Made by a program: the position numbers and the translations under genes. The notes beneath the pieces were generated by a model. That model saw nothing but the letters and a program-made list of their open reading frames with translations, had not been told where the DNA came from and made no database searches. A stretch of 64,000 nt of DNA. Origin: Polyangiaceae bacterium (lineage in GTDB: Bacteria > Myxococcota_A > Polyangia > Polyangiales > Polyangiaceae). Numbering within the stretch: the first letter of the stretch is position 1; every line of letters begins with the position of its first letter. This document shows positions 58,422 through 64,000 of the stretch, one piece after another. Location of the stretch: assembly GCA_965222375.1 (NCBI GenBank), contig CBDCTZ010000015.1, forward strand, positions 1,536,001 to 1,600,000, in the 5' to 3' direction.

Positions 58422-61268
58422 CTAGCGCTTCTTCTTGCCTTTGCCCTTAGCCTTCAGCTTCTTGGCCAACGCTGCGTGCTGTCGAGCCTTTCGATGGTTG
58501 GGCACGAGCTTGTAAGTCTTTGACAGTTGGGAGTGCACCGCTGCTTTCTGGTTGGGGCGACCTGGGCAGAGCAATGCTGACTCCAACTCGAAAATGGCTC
58601 GAGGCACCATCTTCAGCCCCGTGAGGGCTTCCGCGAACAATGCGTGGGTCTTCATGCCTTCGATGTCTGCCCACAGGGCGCGTTCGCCCACCTCTTTGGC
58701 TTCCTTGAATTCCTTCCGGTCGATCAGGGCGCGCATCAGCCTGCGATAGACGCGGCCGTCGTGCTCGTCCAAGAGAGACAGCTTTCGCAAGTACTTGAGT
58801 TCCAGGTCTGCGTTCTTCTGCTTCTTGGCCAGGTCGACCAGCGCCTGAATCGGCTCCGCTTGGGTGGGATCGAAGCGATGTGCCGCCTCGAAGGCGGCCT
58901 TCATCTTGGCGAGATCTCGCGCGGCCTCGTGCACGTCCGCCAAGGCCATTTGAACCGCAAAGCCATCGGCCTTCTTCGCGATCTTCTCGAGCAGGGTCAG
59001 CGCCTGGCCCGGTTTCCGCATGGCCATGTACATGCGCGCCTGAATGTACAGAGCATCCGGGTAGTCCGGCGAAAGCTTCAGTGCGGCCGCGAGGGCCTTG
59101 TTCGCTTCATCCCGCTTGCCGGATCGGAGCGCAGCCAAAGCGAAGCGCGTTTGCTTTGCTGCATCCTTCGGGGATTTCTCGACTTCCTCTTTGGCGCGAT
59201 CGTAGCCGCCCGTGCGCGCCATGGGCACGAACTGCCGATCGTATCGACTCAGCTTTTTTTTGGCCCAAGCCCGAAACTCGGCGTCCAGTTGGTCGGTCTG
59301 CTGACCCAACACCTGTGCGACGACCTGGTTGGTGCGCTTGCCCTGGCCCCAGGCGGTCAGCATGGCGCTCGCTTTCTTCGGGCCATGCTTCTGCATCATC
59401 ATGGTCAGGATTTGACTGGACGCGTAGTAAGCCGTGGCCACGTCGCTCATTTCTTCGGCGCGGGTGAAGGCGCGGCTCATGGATCCCACTTTGGGCAGGC
59501 GCGAGCTGCGAAGAGCGCTGAACAGCGCGGGGTCGTGCTCCCGGCTCCATTCCTTGCGTTCGATCAGCGTTTCGTACTCGGCAAGCCCCTCGGTGAACCA
59601 CCGAGGCACATGGGCCTTGGACATCTGGATGTGAAAGACGTGAGCTAGCTCGTGCCACAGCGTCATGCCCAAGTTGAACTTCTCTTTTTTGGGGCTCATG
59701 CTGGCGAGGGTGCTGCCGAAACAAACTCCTTGAATCGCGGTCGACGGCAGACCACTGGTGCGAATCGCGAAGTTCTGACGTTCGGCGTAGAGCTCCACGC
59801 CCACGGGGGTCTTGGGAACGAAGCCGTAGGACTTCGTCATCTTGCGCCAGGCTTGCTCCATTAGCCCCGGCACGTAGCGCTCTAGAATCGCCTTTTCGTC
59901 CTTGTGGTAACGGAAGCGGAATAGCTTGCTGTTCACAGTGACGTAATCTCGCGGAATCGTCTTTTCATACAAGTTGAGCGTGTTGAAGACCCGCACGTTG
60001 AACGGGTCCTTGTCGAACGCCGTCGCAAGAGCCTTCACGCCCGCTTTGTCGTTGCCAGCTCGGATCAGGTTCAGCCCGAGCTGCGCATAGGCCTTGGCGT
60101 CTTCACCGTCGATCTGCACGGCCTTCTTCATCATCGCCACGATTTCGTCGTAGCGATGCTCCCAGTCAGCGTACTCACCGATGATCTGATACGCGCGGGA
60201 GTACTTTGGATTGAGCTTCAGCACGGCCGCGACAGCTGCTTCGAAGGCGGCGTTGTCGTCCGCCAAAAACTTCGCGGTTGCACGCAGGCTCAGTAGGTCC
60301 AAGTCGCGTGGGTTGTACTTCAGGCCGTTGTCGATGTGACGCTCCGCGTTTTCCAGCTCCATGTCGCGAAGGGCGATCCCAGCGAGCACGAAGTGCGCTT
60401 GAGCATGCTTGCCGTTCACAGCGAGGGCCTTCTTCGCCAATCGCTCGGCCTCGTCGAAGTCCAAGGCCTGGGCAAGCTTCACATGCGCCATCCAAACCAA
60501 CGCGTCCGGATGATTGGGCGCCTGCTGCAGCACTTCTTTGGTGACTTCCTCGGCATGCCCGGGGTCGTACTTGTCCAAGAACAGTTCCGCCCTCCACAGC
60601 AGCAGCTGCACGTTGCCTTTGCCGGCGCGCTCGGCTTCGTTGAAAGCGTCGTTGGCGTCGCGAGGGCTGCGAAGAAGCGTCGCGGCGCGGCCCACCATGG
60701 CCAGCCCCGGACCGTCGGTGTCCTTGATGCGGTCGGAGTTGTAGTCCTCGATCAAGGTCATCAGCGCCCGGTTCGCACCGGATTCTTCTCCGCGCTCCAG
60801 CAGGACCTCGCCCAAGAGCAGACGTGCTTCTCGCGAGTCGGGATCAGCTTGAACCTTCTTGAGGAGACCCTCTGCCTCCGAGAGCTTGCCCTGCCGACGG
60901 AGGGCGCGAGCACCCACTGCGGCGGCACGCCCACGCACGGCCTTGGTCTTCATGGCGCCGAGCGCGGTCTTATGGGCCTTCTGATACCGACCAGTCAGTA
61001 GCTCGACTTCAGCTAACAAGCTCAGCGCTTCCCCACGCAGCTTGCCGACGGCAGCACCGCGCAGCAGCTTCTCTGCATCTGGGTAGCGGCTTTCAGCCAG
61101 CGCCTCTTTACCCGCGGCCAGTTTCTTCGCCGGGCTCGCACCTCGAGGCAGGGGCTTGGATGCAGCGGCGGGACTCCTGGCGGGCTGCGCCTGCGCGGGT
61201 GCACACCCCAAGGCCGCGCTCACGAAGAGGGGCAACATCAACGTCGAAAACGTGGTTCGCTTCAGCAT
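58422..61268 (-). CDS. TPR protein with zinc metallopeptidase (MA-type) domain
   Basis: LWHELAHVF...VPRWFTEGLAEY; many TPRs; signal ALGC. Confidence 0.9.
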   Translation of the reverse strand: MLKRTTFSTLMLPLFVSAALGCAPAQAQPARSPAAASKPLPRGASPAKKLAAGKEALAESRYPDAEKLLRGAAVGKLRGEALSLLAEVELLTGRYQKAHKTALGAMKTKAVRGRAAAVGARALRRQGKLSEAEGLLKKVQADPDSREARLLLGEVLLERGEESGANRALMTLIEDYNSDRIKDTDGPGLAMVGRAATLLRSPRDANDAFNEAERAGKGNVQLLLWRAELFLDKYDPGHAEEVTKEVLQQAPNHPDALVWMAHVKLAQALDFDEAERLAKKALAVNGKHAQAHFVLAGIALRDMELENAERHIDNGLKYNPRDLDLLSLRATAKFLADDNAAFEAAVAAVLKLNPKYSRAYQIIGEYADWEHRYDEIVAMMKKAVQIDGEDAKAYAQLGLNLIRAGNDKAGVKALATAFDKDPFNVRVFNTLNLYEKTIPRDYVTVNSKLFRFRYHKDEKAILERYVPGLMEQAWRKMTKSYGFVPKTPVGVELYAERQNFAIRTSGLPSTAIQGVCFGSTLASMSPKKEKFNLGMTLWHELAHVFHIQMSKAHVPRWFTEGLAEYETLIERKEWSREHDPALFSALRSSRLPKVGSMSRAFTRAEEMSDVATAYYASSQILTMMMQKHGPKKASAMLTAWGQGKRTNQVVAQVLGQQTDQLDAEFRAWAKKKLSRYDRQFVPMARTGGYDRAKEEVEKSPKDAAKQTRFALAALRSGKRDEANKALAAALKLSPDYPDALYIQARMYMAMRKPGQALTLLEKIAKKADGFAVQMALADVHEAARDLAKMKAAFEAAHRFDPTQAEPIQALVDLAKKQKNADLELKYLRKLSLLDEHDGRVYRRLMRALIDRKEFKEAKEVGERALWADIEGMKTHALFAEALTGLKMVPRAIFELESALLCPGRPNQKAAVHSQLSKTYKLVPNHRKARQHAALAKKLKAKGKGKKKR

Positions 61269-61360
61269 GACTGCCTTTGTTTGTAGCGCGAATGTGCGCC
61301 ATTTCCTCGACCCACCAGGTGCGTGCTTTCTTGGATGAAATGTTGGGCGATTACCGCGAG

Positions 61361-62155
61361 TTAGGAGCGCCGAGCGGCCGACACGACGATCCTCGACCGG
61401 GGGCCGCAGCCCAAGGCCTCGCTGGCCCTGCCACCGCGCTCGGCTATTTCCAACGTTCGAAAAGAGCTGATCAGTCCCACCAACTCGCCGTCCGCCACGT
61501 CCGCGTAGGTATGCCGAATGGGCACCTCGCGGTCACCAATGTAGACGCTGCTTGCGTTTCCGACGAGTTCGGCGCCCACGTCCGTGACTAGGTTACCGAA
61601 GCGGTCAACGAACAGCACATGGCCAATCAGGTCGTCCCCAGCGCGCTTGGCAGTGTAGACGGGTCGCCGGATGGGCTGGATCTTCGTTCCCACTTCCCAG
61701 GGGGACACACTTCCCGCGGCTAGTCGTGCCGCGACGGGAGCGAACAAGTCGCGCCCATGGAAGGTCCGCGAGGGCACGTTCAAGGTCAGCTTCTTGGCGT
61801 CGATGCGCCATGACTGAGATGGCTGGTCCAACACGTGCGAGAGCAGACCATTGTCCGGCGCAACAAAAACGTGCTCGCCACGGAGCGTGACGATTGCCTC
61901 GCGCTCAGTGCCCACGCCCGGGTCGACGACGGCGACATGAACCGTCCCCGGTGGGAAGTAGGCAAAGCTGCGCTCCAGCCAGAAACCACCTATTGCCACG
62001 TCGTGAGCAGGCACGCCGTGGCCCATGTCGACCACACGCAAGCTCCGGGCGTGGGACAAGATCACGCCGTGCATCTGGCCCACGAAGGGGTCATTGAGCC
62101 CGAAATCCGTGAGCAAGCTCACGATTCCGCAAGGGGTGAAGCTGAACCTTTCCAC
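61361..62155 (-). CDS. SAM hydrolase/SAM-dependent halogenase family (DUF62)
   Basis: LLTDFG..D, VHVAVVDPGVGTER, APDNGLL, SRTFHGRDLFAP, VDRFGNLVT. Confidence 0.93.
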   Translation of the reverse strand: MERFSFTPCGIVSLLTDFGLNDPFVGQMHGVILSHARSLRVVDMGHGVPAHDVAIGGFWLERSFAYFPPGTVHVAVVDPGVGTEREAIVTLRGEHVFVAPDNGLLSHVLDQPSQSWRIDAKKLTLNVPSRTFHGRDLFAPVAARLAAGSVSPWEVGTKIQPIRRPVYTAKRAGDDLIGHVLFVDRFGNLVTDVGAELVGNASSVYIGDREVPIRHTYADVADGELVGLISSFRTLEIAERGGRASEALGCGPRSRIVVSAARRS

Positions 62156-62184
62156 GCTACCGCCCTCCCATCATACTGACATTC

Positions 62185-63828
62185 ATGCGAAACAAATCCT
62201 GGCTCCACCCGCTGCTCGCCAGTTGCGCAATCTTGGGCATATCACCGGCTCTGCAGGCCAAGGAGTACTTCGTAGCACCTGGCGGCAGCGGCAACGGCGA
62301 TAGTGCGACGCCTTTCGGCAAGATCCAGGACGGATTGAGCGCTGCCCAGCCCGGCGATTTCGTGACCCTGCGTGCGGGCACCTACGCCGAGGCGCTCAAG
62401 AGCGTGCGGGATGGCAGCGCGGAATCCCCGATTACCTTGCGGGCAGAGAGCGGCGCGCAGGTCGTGGTGTCGATGGCCAGTGAATTGCTGCAAGTCGACC
62501 ATGCCTACCTCGTCGTCGAGGGCATCGTATTCGACGGCAAGTACGCGGACAATGACTTGCTGGACATCAATGACGGCGCCGATGGACTCGTCTTGCGCAA
62601 TGTCGAGGTGCGCAAAGCGACCCGCGACTGCATCGACATGGGTGGACCGAAGGACGTCGTCTTTGAAGGCTGCTTGATTCATCACTGCTTGAACTCTGCG
62701 GGTTCCAGCGGGCAAACAGACGCCCATGGCGTCACCGGCGGGCCGGTTCGCAACTTGAAGATCCTGAACACGGAGATTCACACCATCAGTGGGGATGCGA
62801 TCCAGTTCGACCCGGGTAGAGACTTGCCCGGCTGGAACGACATCTTGGTCGACGGTTGCAAGCTCTGGACCGGCCCTCTCAGTTCTGCGGAAAACGGTTT
62901 CAAAGCCGGTGAAATCCCGGGAGAGAACGCGATTGACACCAAGACCAATGCCAACGCACCCCGCGCGAAACTCACCGTGCGCAACACGCTGGCGTGGGGG
63001 TTTCGGGGCGGCTTCATCAGCAACATGGCCGCCTTCAACATGAAGGAGAACATCGACGCGCTCTTCGACGGCGTCACGGTCTTCGACTCGGAGATTGCGT
63101 TTCGAACCCGAGGCCCGGGCAGCAACGGTGGCGCCTGGGTCACCGTGCACAATGCGGTGGTCTACGACGTGGACAAGGCGTTCCGCTACGAAGACGACAT
63201 CGAAAAGCTCATTGTCTACAACAGCACCTTCGGGGACAAGGTGGGCACCGCGTTCCAGGAGGCTAGTTCGAACGCTACCAAGGCAGATGTACGCAATCTG
63301 CTCGTGTTGGGCACGAAGCTGCCATCCGAAGCCAGCTTGCCCTCCAACATGGTCGCGACCGCAGGCGACTTCATGGATGTCTCCAAGGGCGACTACCGCC
63401 TCGTGAGCGGCGCGCCGCCTATCGACAAGGGCGAAACTCTGAGCAACGTTCCAACCGACCGCGCGGGGACGGCTCGGCCTCAAGGTGCATCCTATGACGT
63501 GGGTGCCTACGAAGACTGCGCGCCGCCCAATTGCGGAACCGCAGGCGGCGGTGGCGTTCCGGGCGCGGGCGGATCACCCGGGGGTGGAGGGCCGGGCACC
63601 GGCGGCGGAAACGCGGGCGGCCAAGGCGCCACAGCCGGCCAAGGCGGCGGCAACGCCGGAAGTCCCGGGAGCGGCGGCGGCGCTGCGACCAGTTCCGGCG
63701 CGCCAGACTCCGGGGATGACGGAGGTTGCGGCTGCAGGGTGGTCGGTTCTTCGCGCCGGTCGGCAGGCGCCCTGGCCTTGCTGCTCGGCTTATTGCTAAT
63801 GCGGCGACGTTCTGAGCGCAGCTCGTGA
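62185..63828 (+). CDS. Right-handed beta-helix protein with MYXO-CTERM sorting signal
   Basis: YFVAPGG..G..ATPF..IQ..AQPGD..LRAGTY; DYRL..PIDKG..DVGAYE; GGCGCRV...LLLGLLLMRRR. Confidence 0.9.
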   Translation: MRNKSWLHPLLASCAILGISPALQAKEYFVAPGGSGNGDSATPFGKIQDGLSAAQPGDFVTLRAGTYAEALKSVRDGSAESPITLRAESGAQVVVSMASELLQVDHAYLVVEGIVFDGKYADNDLLDINDGADGLVLRNVEVRKATRDCIDMGGPKDVVFEGCLIHHCLNSAGSSGQTDAHGVTGGPVRNLKILNTEIHTISGDAIQFDPGRDLPGWNDILVDGCKLWTGPLSSAENGFKAGEIPGENAIDTKTNANAPRAKLTVRNTLAWGFRGGFISNMAAFNMKENIDALFDGVTVFDSEIAFRTRGPGSNGGAWVTVHNAVVYDVDKAFRYEDDIEKLIVYNSTFGDKVGTAFQEASSNATKADVRNLLVLGTKLPSEASLPSNMVATAGDFMDVSKGDYRLVSGAPPIDKGETLSNVPTDRAGTARPQGASYDVGAYEDCAPPNCGTAGGGGVPGAGGSPGGGGPGTGGGNAGGQGATAGQGGGNAGSPGSGGGAATSSGAPDSGDDGGCGCRVVGSSRRSAGALALLLGLLLMRRRSERSS

Positions 63829-64000
63829 GCCATCCGGGCTTCACGGTCTTCTCTCAGCGACCCGACGTGCGCGTTCCTCTCACTGAACTGCTCAAGAGCG
63901 CGCGTGCGCACTTTCGAAGCAACGTCAACGTCGTGTCCGAGCAGGGCGTGGACGAAAACGGCAGCGCCTCTTCGACCACGCTGCGACTGTTGATCGAAAA
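63825..64000 (+). CDS. Hypothetical protein, partial
   Basis: GTGA overlap; open frame MSHPGFTVFSQRPDV... to the window end. Confidence 0.55.
   Translation, partial: MSHPGFTVFSQRPDVRVPLTELLKSARAHFRSNVNVVSEQGVDENGSASSTTLRLLIE

Overview
High-GC bacterial chromosomal window, inferred to be Myxococcota (Polyangiales-like). The basis is a MYXO-CTERM protein, many Gly-rich and Cys-rich lipoproteins, Ser/Thr kinase-PEGA modules and a stand-alone CdnL. Housekeeping anchors are coaD, a thiolase, purC, cdnL, trpS, rnc and trmL. Accessory blocks: (i) 2.2-8.7 kb, a mosaic downstream of coaD with two extra coaD fragments separating cargo genes and several gene scars; (ii) 16.5-21.9 kb, a nucleotidyltransferase TA-like pair, a PGRP-type amidase and a collapsed AraC gene; (iii) 23.6-30.1 kb, a truncated beta-propeller gene, a Tat-lipoprotein sulfatase with an atypical CGGSR motif coupled to a protein with an unrecognised Cys/Trp repeat; (iv) 41.4-47.7 kb, tandem repeats, a frameshifted DUF222-like HNH gene and a complete 1473-bp IS50/Tn5-like element with a 9-bp TSD. 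No tRNA, rRNA, cas gene or bona fide CRISPR array was recognised. All family calls come from motif recognition by eye; no searches were run.
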